Shown: positions 36,359-48,319 of the stretch, piece by piece
Layout: every line of letters starts with the position of its first letter
Position numbering within the stretch: position 1 is the first letter of the stretch
Assembly: GCF_000143415.4 (NCBI RefSeq)
Contig: NW_003314288.1
Coordinates: 1,674,056-1,738,055 of the forward strand
Length of the DNA: 64,000 nucleotides
Source of the DNA: Selaginella moellendorffii
Lineage: Eukaryota > Plantae > Lycopodiophyta
Direction: 5' to 3'
Position numbers and translations under genes: made by a program
The notes under the pieces: generated by a model
The model's input: only the letters and a program-made list of their open reading frames with translations
The model's database searches: none
Told to the model about the DNA's origin: nothing

Positions 36359-39300
36359 AGCAACTTCCAATGGCACAAAATCCTCGTCTAGAAAATCCAC
36401 AGATGCTGGAACAACAGGCTTATCAAAAACATGAGAAGAGAGTGGAGAAGGCAGAGGAGTTCAAGAAAGGGCATCAGCATCAACCATAGAACTCCCAAGG
36501 CAATGAATAATAGCAAAATCATATATTTAAAGCTTCAAAACCCACCAAGCAATACAACCAACCAGGTTCTTTCACTTCAATAATGAAGTAATGGCAGCAT
36601 GATCACCTTCAAATAACGTTCAAGAACCATATAGATATGTATGAAGTTTCTCGAAACCTCAAACTTTTGCTAAACACTCTTTCTCTGTCGTAGAGTAGTT
36701 CACTTCCGTTGGTTGTAATGTACGGCTTATATACGCAATAGGATGGTGCTAACCAAACACACTTGGGGTCTCTTGCATCGACACCCCTCCAAGACTAATA
36801 TCAGAAGCAGCCATGTGCAAAATAAAAGGTTGAGTATAGTCAGAATATGCCAAAACTGAAGGAGTCATCAATAGCTTTTTGAGATCTATGAACGCCCGCT
36901 CACAACCCAGAGACCAGATGAAAGATGACGTTAATGACTTCAGCAACGCTCACAATGATGTAATGCGACAAAAAGATGATCTACAAAATGACTGAGATAT
37001 TGCACCTTGCCCAAGAAATGCTGCACATCATTCACACACTTCAGAGTAAGGAACTTTAGAACAATCACAAGTTTATCAGAATCAACTTGTAAACCCTCAC
37101 GAGAAATATGATACCCAAGATAAATCGTATCCTTGGACCCAAACATGCACTTCAACTGCTTCAGCTTTAAACCAACGTCCTATAGCCAATCCAACACTTT
37201 TACAAACATCACGAATGTGCTCCCCTTTGAGTGGATCAAGACATCATTAATGAAGTCAATAGTCATTTCTGGTATATCGCAAAGAACTTTGTCCATCATC
37301 TATTGAAAAGTTGCTAGAGCATTGTTCAAACCAAACGGCATCACTAAGAATTTATACAAACTAAACAATGTCTAAAAAACAGTCTTAGGAATATCTTCTT
37401 TAGCCATCGGTACTTGCTAGTACTCATAAGCAAGATCTAGCTTGGTGAACTAATAATTTTGCCCCAGATGATCTAAAAGATCAACAATGTAAGGAAGAGG
37501 GTACACATTTGGGATTGTCACTTCGTTTAACAGACAATGGTCAATGTAGAAACGAATACTCCCATCAGGCCTTGTCACAAGATGAGGTTCACATGCTCAA
37601 AGACTCCACAACTTCTAAATAACACCCTTTTCTAACATCTCTTTGATATTTACATGTAAAATCTTGATCTTTTTGGGTGACTGATGACGAACAGAAACCT
37701 TGATTGGACAAGCATCCCCGGTTGGAATTGGACGACATATGGCAATCTTGGCCCTAGACGATAAGTCAAATTCAAAAAGATCAGAATACTCCTTCATGAG
37801 CCAATCAACCGCTACAGCACAAAGATTGTCGAAGGAATCAAAAAAGGGAAGAGTAGAACAAGATGGAAACATAGGAGGAAATAATGGGGGGACAAAAGTA
37901 ATGGAAATAGAGGTAGAAGTAGAGGGATGAAGAGGTACAGAAATGAGAAGAATTAATGAAATATAAGGAAGTATGAGACAAGGGGGAGAAGCTTCAAAGT
38001 CATATTTGGCATGATGGCACTACAACCAATCTATACTAAAGATGAGGTCAAAAACTTGACTTGGCACCACCCACAATAATTGCAACCCAAGTTTGAGATC
38101 ACCTACATGCACAACCAGGTCTACCTCATCCCATGCACATGCATGTGTACAGGTGTTGCTATAAAGAATGAAAATTGGTTCTGTCGCACAACACAAGTGT
38201 AAACAACAACGTGTGGCAACAGGTCGAGCAATAGAAGATAAACTTGAACCTGTATCAACCAACATAGAGAGAATAATAAGAGACCTCTTGTTATAAAAAC
38301 GAGCTTGGAAAGTAAACACTAGATGAACTGGTGCCGAATGAACCCCTTGATGATACTCCTAAAAGAAATATGAAGGGATCACTGACTTATTCGCACAAGG
38401 TTCCTCCGTTACTTGCACAACTCCTCATTTCTCGAATGCATCTTAGTGTCCAGAACTTCCACTGCAGCAGCACCAACAAGACGTTGTTGACGCTAATGTC
38501 TTCACCCAGGAAATGAAGGTTGCTAATTCAAAAAACGTCGACAACATCAATAAGTGTGACCAACTTCATCACATGCCTAACAACGAATGTCACAGCCACG
38601 TCCACGTCTTTGTCCTTGGACTCGAGCAACAGCAGCATCAACCTCCATTGGAATAAGACTATTGCCCATAGGAAGTGGAGTGGAAGGACGTGCAATGAGA
38701 AGTGGAAAAGGCGACGCAACATTGTGCCAAGTGAAGAGCATCGTCAAGGGTGGCTAGAGTAAGTGCATGCATAAGTTCAACAAGATCTTGATAAAGTGTT
38801 GGCCACAACATTCCTAGCTTGATCTACTGCAACATATCTAGCTTCGCACAAAGCAAAAAGCTTCAGAAACGAATGCCAAATTGCATCACCGACTCAGATG
38901 ACCCTTGACGAAAATGATGTAATTTCTGGAAGGCATCATTACAATCATCAGCATGTCCGAATGTGCGTTTGAAGATATATGGGAGAATACTCCAATCCCT
39001 ACGAGTGGTTGCACTCAAACCATTGTACCACTGTAGTGCCGTCCCTTGGAGACACGTGGGAAACTCATGCAAACATCAAGCATCATCCCAAGAATGATAT
39101 GTGGCAATCACCGTGAAGTGATCGAACCAATGGTACATATCATCCCCAGGATTCCCATGAAAAAACTCTGGCCGAACACGAGGATTGACACCAAGAGCAG
39201 AAGGAGTTGGACCACATGCCATGAATGCCACCATCAACTAAGTTTGGTTGTTCAATTACAAGTGCATAGTATCAAGCAATTATACCAACTACTACTCTAG

Positions 39301-39679
39301 AGTCAAAGAAGGAGATTGCTAATCTGCCATAAAGATGAACGAAAAGGAAAGAGCAAAAAAAGAGAAATGACAAAAAGTTAGAAGGAAAAAGAGATTTAGA
39401 CAATGTAAAAAGCTAAATCAAAACCAAAATCCTGAAAAGAAAGATGTGAGACACAAAATCCCTAGGCCCCAAAGTGGAGCCGGAAGGGCGCCACATGGTA
39501 GTGGCCGAAGCGAGAGCCAAACGAGTGTAACACGTTTGGACCAAAAGCTCCTACTTGAAAAGTCAAGAGCGGGAGTGGAACTCCCAACGAAGTGCTCGAG
39601 GAACGAGCATGAAGCGAGCAAAAGGCGAGGCTCCAAAAAGGGACCCAAAAGGACCAACACATGACACGTGGGAGTGTCC

Positions 39680-40245
39680 GAAATGGACTCGAGTTGGAGT
39701 CCGAAGTGGAGTCCGAGATGGACCCGAGTTGGAGTCCAAAGTGGAGTCCGAGGTGGACCCGAGATGGACCCGAGTTGGAGTCCGAAGTGGAGTCCGAGAT
39801 GGAGTCCGAGATGGAGTCCGAGGTGGACCCAAGATGGACCCGAGTTGGAGTCCGAAGTGGAGTCCGAGATGGACCCGAGATGGAGTCCGAGATGGAGTCC
39901 GAGATGGAGTCCGAGGTGGACCCGAGATGGACCCGAAATGGAGTCCGAGATGGAGTCCGAGATGGACCCGAGATGGAGTCCGAGATGGAGTCCGAGATGG
40001 ACCCGAGATGGACCCGAGATGGAGTCCGAGATGGAGTCCGAGATGGAGTCCAAGATGGAGTCCGAAGTCGAGACCGAGACCGGGACCGAGACCGGGACCG
40101 AGACCGAGACTGAGACCGAGATCGAGACCGAGACTGAGACCGAGGCCGAGGCCGAGACCGAGCCCGAGCCCGAGTCTGAGTCCGAGTCCGAGTCCGAGTC
40201 CGAGTCCGAGTCCGAGTCCGAGTCCGAGTCCGAGTCCGAGTCCGG
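39680..40245. repeat. Compound tandem array in 5' LTR: (TGGAGTCCGAGA)n, (GACCGA)n, (GTCCGA)n
   Basis: Directly visible tandem 10-12-mer and 6-mer units. Confidence 0.95.
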
Positions 40246-43200
40246 AGCCTGAGAGGGTGAAAGCCCAAAGCGTTCGTCTCCCAGACCCTGGGGGGTTTGG
40301 TGAGCCCCAAAAGTATAGTAGGGGGAGGACTGCAGTGGAGCCAGTTTGGCCAGGAAAGGCCAGTTTGGCCCAGGAAGGCCAGACCCAGTGTTGGGTGATG
40401 AGCTGCCCACTGGGAAGTCCAAGACTAGAGTGAACACAGACCGACAAGCGGGGTAGCTTGGTGATGTGTTCAAGAGCCGGCTCTAGTTCCCCCGGGAGAT
40501 CGACTGGCCGATGCTCCCAGTCCAAGTGTGGGTGGCACTACCTACTTGGATACCAGGCGTGGCTCAATGGAACCTCGCTCTAAGCCCATGGCTAGAGCAC
40601 CTAAAGGCGATAGGTGGGGAGAGTACCCAGGTGGCTCGCGTAAGGCCACGGTGTTCCGAAATGTCGTCCCAAAGGCCCAGACTGTGGAAAGGAAGAGGAG
40701 CAGTCCTCTGGGGTAGTGACCAAGGACACAGTCGTGTGGTGAGGAAGTCCCAGAGGACCGTGGGACTTAGTGGTCGGGCCTGTGGGCCTCGATCCAGTGG
40801 CAGTGTTGGCAAACACGGCCAGGGGCAGAAAGGGACTTGGTAGGAACTGACAAAGGGACTTTGGGGAAGGCGATTCCCCAGGTCTGTGGGCATCCTAAGG
40901 ATGCTAAGGAGTGGATCCAGGATGACCCCTCGTAGACAGATGGCCCAGTCTTGGAGAGACGGGATGGTGATGCAAGTGGTATTGGACCATTTGCGCAGCA
41001 AAGGTGAATGGGCATGGCCTTAGCGTAACAAGCCGAGATGTCAGTGGTACCTTTGGGTGTCGGTCATGGGATCGGACACGTGGAGCACTTGGACCACGTG
41101 CAAAGGTTGAGTGGCATGGATGCCATTCTCGGGGCTAGCAAGCCCCAAGTCCTGAATGGGACTTATGGAGGTTGTGAATGAGACTCCTCCAAGTGGTCGG
41201 AGGTGTGGTTAAGTGACTAAAGTAGAATGGAAAAATTAGTCGCTTACAATTTGGTATCGGAGCTGTTCCTTAGTCTGACTTTTATTGGTGCTCAAGTATA
41301 TCACCACTAGTGTTGACATCGGAAGGTCCAAGGAGTGGGTCTATCCTTGAGAAGTAGCATGTCGGGAAGACATGGCTCTCCATTACAGTTCATGTGTGAA
41401 CTTGTAGACGAGGTGGTGGATAGAGAAGTGCCAATAATGGAACGACTTTGGGATCTTGGGAACAGTGCAAGGTTTTCCTTATTGAGTTGAGGATGTGATC
41501 CGGATGAGCATTTGTCTCAGCAAATTGGCTTAGGTTGTTGTGGTAAACAACTAAAGTTGGGATCACGGGAAAGATAGAGACTCCAAAACAATAAAGGAGT
41601 CACAAGATTATCCTCATATAGTTGAGGTTGGTGCTCATGAATGTGAGACCAAAGGTAATGACCGTGGAAGGTCAAATACGGAAGAGGACTCAAGTCCTTG
41701 AAATGGTGGCCGGGGCTACCTCTAATAAATGCTGGAACAACCCAAGGAGTTGGGGGTGTATTAAGTGGATGAGTTGGTATTCTCATCACATGGACAAGTA
41801 GTCCTAAGGGGCAAAGGTTGCCCCCAGAGAACAAAATCAAGTGTCGGAGTAACACTTGTGAAAATAGTCCTTTTGAGTAGGACCGGAATGCAAGATGTGT
41901 ATTCCAGTGAGCTAGTGCCTCACAAGTAGGACCTTACGGGTCGGTGGATTAACCAAGTCCAAAACTGCTAGACGACTCAAGTAGAGTCCTAAAAAGGACT
42001 GAATGAAGCATTTGGACTGAGGTGCGTTGTACCCCACAAAGGATGGGGGGGGATCATAGGATCCAAGGGTGAGAACAGAGAGTATCTCATCGATGGCAAA
42101 ATGTGCCATGCTAAAGTCATGGGAAAGGTGTTCCCAGAAGAAAACAACTCTGACATAAAGTTGTGTGTGACCTCTATGGTGCAGTGCTAACGGATGGTTG
42201 GCATGAGAAAGAGCGGTGTTGGTCTTGGCAAAGACTTAGACACGAAGGGGAAATGTCATAGAGATAGGCTCGTGGACCCGATGGTGTGGAGACACCAAAT
42301 GTGCCAAGGTGTGATACCTTGAGGCTATGTTGGTGGGTTCATGAGAACCCCTTGCCAAAGGAATCCCAATGGAAATGGGAATAGCATAGCCTAAGCTGCA
42401 GAGCATGCAGTTGGAGTGTGGTGACCCGGATAATGATGGAGGTGTGAAAGCACCAAGCAATGAGTTGTAGGACTTGACAACTATAAGGCAACTAAGCAAG
42501 AGGTGCAAAATAACTGGTTAAACGGGTAGAAGGTAGCTACCCAAGACTTCTTAATAGCATAAGGAAGTTGGATATACCCTTACGGGGGATAAGTTGCTTG
42601 TGTTGCAATATAGTAAGTCAATGTCATAAAAGGAAATACTCATTGTCAAGAAAGCCATCATTGGGACACCCGGACACTCTAGAACACCAGAAGGTGGTGT
42701 TTGATGTCGCGAGGGCAATGGATAAAGCCCAAGGGACTAAGTCCCTAGCGAATGATGGATAGAAGGTGCTATCCAAATGTCCAAGGTTGCGGAGACAGGA
42801 GAGGACTGTCTACCCGAATTGGACAAAGCCAAAAATGGAATTTTGGCAAGGCTAGTGATGGGCATGTAAAGGCCCATAAGCAACAATGTAATCCCAGTGT
42901 GTGGGATTATAAGGTGAGCATACCCGGATTGAGGAACCACTCCCTAGGCTATTGGGTAGGTCCATCCCTAAGAATACTTGCTAAAGCATGACAGAAAGTG
43001 CAAAGCTATCCTCCTGGTCTGGAGGAGAATGACCGAAGGAAAGGTGTGAAGCCAAAAGCAAGTAGTATTGGGATGGAATTGAACCATAGAAATCAAAGGG
43101 CATATCCAACAGTGGTTATGAAAGTTGGGGGTGGAGAATCAAGAGGGTGCTCGAGGATGTTGTTGCTAGCAACCGTGATGCCATGGAAAGTCTAAAATAT

Positions 43201-45539
43201 GGAATTGTCCATGTTAGACTATATGGCAACTATAAAGCTTGCGAAAGGGGATGCCTTAGCAAGCAGAGGGACAGAGTTCCTTCAAGGTTCCCAAAGACGA
43301 TTCTAGGTAGCGTAGTACCTAGAAAGGCCAAGTGTAAATGGTTCATGGAACGCGCGAAATCAGAGTGGCGCAGCAGAAGCGTGGTCTTGAAGCTTGCCAT
43401 GAGGCAAGGTTATCAAGGTTAGGGAAGTAGTTCCCGAGTGTTCAAAGAGAAGGCTTTGAACGAAAGTCGATGGTCAAGGACTTTCACGCTTATGCAGGAA
43501 CCATGTTACAATGGTCGGAGGACTTGCCAAGTGAGATTGGCACGTCGGGGGAACAAAGACCCTAGTTGAAGGTGATAACTTCAAAAAGGGTGGGCCATGG
43601 GGCCGAGCATGGAGGAGTCCATGCATGATCACAGACATATCAAGTGAGAGAACTTGGCAGTGTGGAGGAACTAGGTTCCTAAGCTGTGATCTGTAGCGCG
43701 CTTTAAAAATAGGTTGGTGCACCGGCGTGGGGAGTCACGCCAGGCATCTAGTGTGATGCCGTCCGTAGATGCATATACGGAGGTTGGGTTTGAGTCCCGA
43801 CCCTCTAGTGCTTGGGTTCGAGTCCCAAATCACTAGGGCGTGGTGATGGTTTGGAATATGAGGACACTCATATTTCGGTGGTCATGGACTCTCAGTGGGG
43901 AGACTGGTTTGGGCACACCGCCAAGCGAGGGATGCCTCGGAGTCGTGATGCACGGTTAGATTGCTTAGTGTGAAAGCTCAGCATATCTAACTTGAACACT
44001 TTGGTGCAAGTGGCACCAAGGTCGTGGTGAGTGAGATGGGGACACCTAATCTCAGTTGCTATGAACCCTTGGCCGTAAGGGCTAGCTTGGGTGCACCGCC
44101 AAGTGTGGGGGATGCCCCCGGGGTTATAGTCAACAACTTGGAGGTCTAGAAGACCAAGTACCTCTTGGCAACTCTGTTAAGGTGCCAAGGTGAGATCACT
44201 AGGTGATCTTATGGCCAGATAAGGACAAGGTCCTTGGTTGGCTAAGGAATGAAGTTCCTGGTTCAAAATGTTGAAATTGAACTGTTTAAGATGGTGTGGC
44301 TTGGTCGTGATGACCAAGTGGGAAGAGCACCTAAGGGAAATAAACTATGTCCGTCCGATGGCATAGTGAGTCCGAGGAAAGTAGTCTCTATAAAAGACCC
44401 ATGGGAGGGTCACGAAGTTGGGCCATGGATAGAGCCCATAGCAGAATATGCTAAAGAGACATACTAGGGGTGAACATCCTCCGGACTTGGCAAAGAAGAG
44501 TCTTTGCTATGGAACCGAAAGGATACCTCAAAAATGGAGGTAACGATCCGATGTTGTTGGGTGCAACAATCAAGGATAGGAGCAAAGGACTAGTGGCCAA
44601 AGTTTGGGCCATGGAATTTAATGGAAGGGATCCAAATGGCAAAGTTAGCCAAGGAACACTAATGTGTTCGATGCTAACAGCTTGTGGGAAAGGAAGCGGA
44701 CTTTCAAGGACGGATTCCTAAGTGCTCCAATTTGGCGAAGTAAAGGCTCCAAGTGAGGGAGCGATAAGGTAGCCAAATGATAGGGCCATGGACAGCCCTA
44801 GCACAAAGTATGATAAATGGAACTTAGTGCCCAAGGTGGCACGAGATAGAAGAGAGGATGATGGTGCCCTCAAGTAATGAACTTCCTAGGATAGGGAAGT
44901 GGAGTTGCACAATCTGTGCAATGCAAGGTGTTGGAGACACCTAGAAAATTGACTTCCAAAAAGTCAAAAGAGTAAAAGTTCCAAGGTGCAAACATTCAAT
45001 AGATGGAAATTGAGACTACTCGAGAAGGAGTAGTGGGATTGACTTAGAGAAGGGTCTCTAAGAGGTTTAGCGAGAACTAAACCAATAAAAGGGGAGAACC
45101 ATTACATGTGGTCCAATCAGTCTCTAAGTTAGAGAGACTACGCTCCTTAAAGGATGGACAAGGCGTGGTGAGCCTTTGATGTCAAACCATAGACAAAGAT
45201 TGGCTAGGTGTCAAGGATGGAAATGGTAACACGTGTGGGTATTACTTTATGAAAGGGTTTACCGTTCGATGAGGACATCGAACTTCGTCTATGGGTGGTG
45301 GAGTTGTGAGACACAAAATCCCTAGGCCCCAAAGTGGAACCGGAAGGGCGCCACATGGTAGTGGCCGAAGCGAGAGCCAAACGAGCGTAACACGTTTGGA
45401 CCAAAAGCTCCTACTTGAAAAGTCAAGAGCGGGAGTGGAACTCCCAACGAAGTGCTCGAGGAACGAGCACGAAGCAAGCAAAAGGCGAGGCTCCAAAAAA
45501 GGACCCAAAAGGACCAACACATGACACGTGGGAGTGTCC

Positions 45540-46222
45540 GAAATGGACTCGAGTTGGAGTCCGAAGTGGAGTCCGAGATGGACCCGAGTTGGAGTCCAAA
45601 GTGGAGTCCGAGGTGGACCCGAGATGGACCCGAGTTGGAGTCCGAAGTGGAGTCCGAGATGGAGTCCGAGATGGAGTCCGAGGTGGACCCAAGATGGACC
45701 CGAGTTGGAGTCCGAAGTGGAGTCCGAGATGGAGTCCGAGATGGAGTCCGAGGTGGACCCAAGATGGACCCGAGTTGGAGTCCGAAGTGGAGTCCGAGAT
45801 GGACCCGAGATGGAGTCCGAGATGGAGTCCGAGATGGAGTCCGAGGTGGACCCGAGATGGACCCGAAATGGAGTCCGAGATGGAGTCCGAGATGGACCCG
45901 AGATGGAGTCTGAGATGGAGTTCGAGATGGACCCGAGATGGACCCGAGATGGAGTCCGAGATGGAGTCCGAGATGGAGTCCGAAGTCGAGACCGAGACCG
46001 GGACCGAGACCGGGACCGAGACCGAGACCGAGACCGAGATCGAGACCGAGACCGAGACCGAGACCGAGGCCGAGACCGAGACCGAGGCCGAGGCTGAGAC
46101 CGAGCCCGAGCCCGAGTCCGAATCCGAGTCCGAGTCCGAGTCCGAGTCCGAGTCCGAGTCCGAGTCCGAGTCCGAGTCCGAGTCCGAGTCCGAGTCCGAG
46201 TCCGAGTCCGAGTCCGAGTCCG
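45540..46222. repeat. Compound tandem array in 3' LTR, 118 bp longer than the 5' copy
   Basis: Same units. The LTR offset changes from 5860 to 5978 across the array. Confidence 0.95.
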
Positions 46223-47931
46223 GAGCCTGAGAGGGTGAAAGCCCAAAGCGTTCGTCTCCCAGACCCTGGGGGGTTTGGTGAGCCCCAAAAGTATAGTAGG
46301 GGGAGGACTGCAGTGGAGCCAGTTTGGCCAGGAAAGGCCAGTTTGGCCCAGGAAGGCCAGACCCAGTGTTGGGTGATGAGCTGCCCACTGGGAAGTCCAA
46401 GACTAGAGTGAACACAGACCGACAAGCGGGGTAGCTTGGTGATGTGTTCAAGAGCCGGCTCTAGTTCCCCCGGGAGATCGACTGGCCGATGCTCCCAGTC
46501 CAAGTGTGGGTGGCACTACCTACTTGGATACCAGGCGTGGCTCAATGGAACCTCGCTCTAAGCCCATGGCTAGAGCACCTAAAGGCGATAGGTGGGGAGA
46601 GTACCCAGGTGGCTCGCGTAAGGCCACGGTGTTCCGAAATGTCGTCCCAAAGGCCCAGACTGTGGAAAGGAAGAGGAGCAGTCCTCTGGGGTAGTGACCA
46701 AGGACACAGTCGTGTGGTGAGGAAGTCCCAGAGGACCGTGGGACTTAGTGGTCGGGCCTGTGGGCCTCGATCCAGTGGCAGTGTTGGCAAACACGGCCAG
46801 GGGCAGAAAGGGACTTGGTAGGAACTGACAAAGGGACTTTGGGGAAGGCGATTCCCCAGGTCTGTGGGCATCCTAAGGATGCTAAGGAGTGGATCCAGGA
46901 TGACCCCTCATAGACAGATGGCCCAGTCTTGGAGAGACGGGATGGTGATGCAAGTGGTATTGGACCATTTGCGCAGCAAAGGTGAATGGGTATGGCCTTA
47001 GCGTAACGGGCCGAGATGTCAGTGGTACCTTTGGGTGTCGGTCATGGGATCGGACACGTGGAGCACTTGGACCAAGTGCAAAGGTTGAGTGGCATGGATG
47101 CCATTCTCGGGGCTAGCAAGCCCCAAGTCCTGAATGGGACTTATGGAGGTTGTGAATGAGACTCCTCCAAGTGGTCGGAGGTGTGGTTAAGTGACTAAAG
47201 TAGAATGGAAAAATTAGTCGCTTACAAAAGAACAAAAGAAAGAAAATAGAAAAAGCTAAATCTAAATAATGCAAAAGCTAAATCTAAACCAAAATCCCAA
47301 ATCCAAATACTCCTTAGGGACAATTAAAAGGTGCCCCTCACCTCCATCAATGTGAGTGCATGGAATATAAAAAGGGAATATAAAAAATGTGCATATCAAT
47401 TAACCCAAAAACCTTAGTTTATATACAAGAGTGAGTGGTTTGGATTGAAACTAATCCGATAGCTACCAAAATCCCACTATGTTAATATTAATATACAACA
47501 TTGTAATTATCCACTTGGCCCTCACAATTAGAAGTTTTATATAGCTGTATACACATACCATAATTATATAATAGTAATTTAAGAAGTTTAAGAAAGATAA
47601 TATATGCATTATATAAATTTAAAATGATAAAAAATTTAAAAGGAAGAATTTTGCAAACCTTTGATCTTAAATAATATTTTTGTTTTATAGGTTTAGATTA
47701 AATGAATTAACATAATAATTTTCTTTTGGAATTGAAAATCAGTTAAGAGCAAAGTCAAAACTATTGTTAGAATTATTTGTAGTGCAAACTTTTGAAAGGA
47801 AAAACCTTCAAAACTTGCTAAATCTTATTAAGCTTACAAAGTACGTTTTAAGAAAATGGAAGTAGAAATTTAATAATTACTAAATTCAAGATATTGACTA
47901 ATAATTTTCTGCACATTGCATCCAACAATGC

Positions 47932-48191
47932 TTGGTTTACTTGGTAGGTTACTCATATTTATTAATCCATTTAATCAAATGGAATTTTATAATTTATAAA
48001 CACAAGATTAATTTTATTGAATATCAACCAATAGAATAAACTAGAATCTATTAGGAAGTGTTTAGGAAGGTTTATAAATTATAAACATATATTATAAACA
48101 CAAGATTGATCTAAATGAATAGGAACCATTAAATGTTAAAATATCTTAGAATTTCCAAATATATTCTACTCACTTTGCTTAAGCAAACCAA
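47932..48191. mobile_element. AT-rich MITE-like element, copy 2
   Basis: Ends TTGGTTTACTT...AAGCAAACCAA form an imperfect TIR. The body matches 21192-21454. Confidence 0.6.
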
Positions 48192-48319
48192 AAAATCTTT
48201 AAAAAATGTTTAGCACTGAACTAAATTTTATAATTTGTAGAATTCTTTGGATGTAGTAGCATTTATTATGGCAAAAATAATCAGTTAGAAATGTAATAAA
48301 TACTTAAAACATTCTCAGT

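Larger units (their letters stand above)
39445..47226 (+). mobile_element. Young non-autonomous (LARD-like) LTR element, family B, 7.8 kb
   Basis: LTRs 39445-41248 (1804 bp) and 45305-47226 (1922 bp), TG..CA, TSD AAAGA, PBS TGGTATCGGAGC 41252-41263, purine-rich tract 45291-45304. About 10 SNPs outside the arrays. The 4-kb interior has no long ORF or recognisable pol. Confidence 0.93.
34605..47526 (-). mobile_element. Old Ty3/gypsy element with short LTRs, hosting two insertions
   Basis: LTRs 34605-34769 and 47351-47526 (~15% diverged), flanked by ATTA. PPT on the minus strand at ~34770-34784. Gag (LQGTALQWY, 38863-39072), protease LVDTGSS, RT, RNase H and integrase (TSAYHPQLDGLVERF) remnants, all on the minus strand. 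Confidence 0.88.

Noticed and set aside
39680-40245. CRISPR-like repeat array
   Set aside because: No unique spacers, no cas genes, eukaryotic LTR context.
39418-40525. Long ORFs with SD/RT/GL/ES dipeptide runs (also 45242-46503), resembling Sdr adhesins or SR proteins
   Set aside because: They are stop-free readings of the LTR hexamer arrays, open in several frames on both strands.
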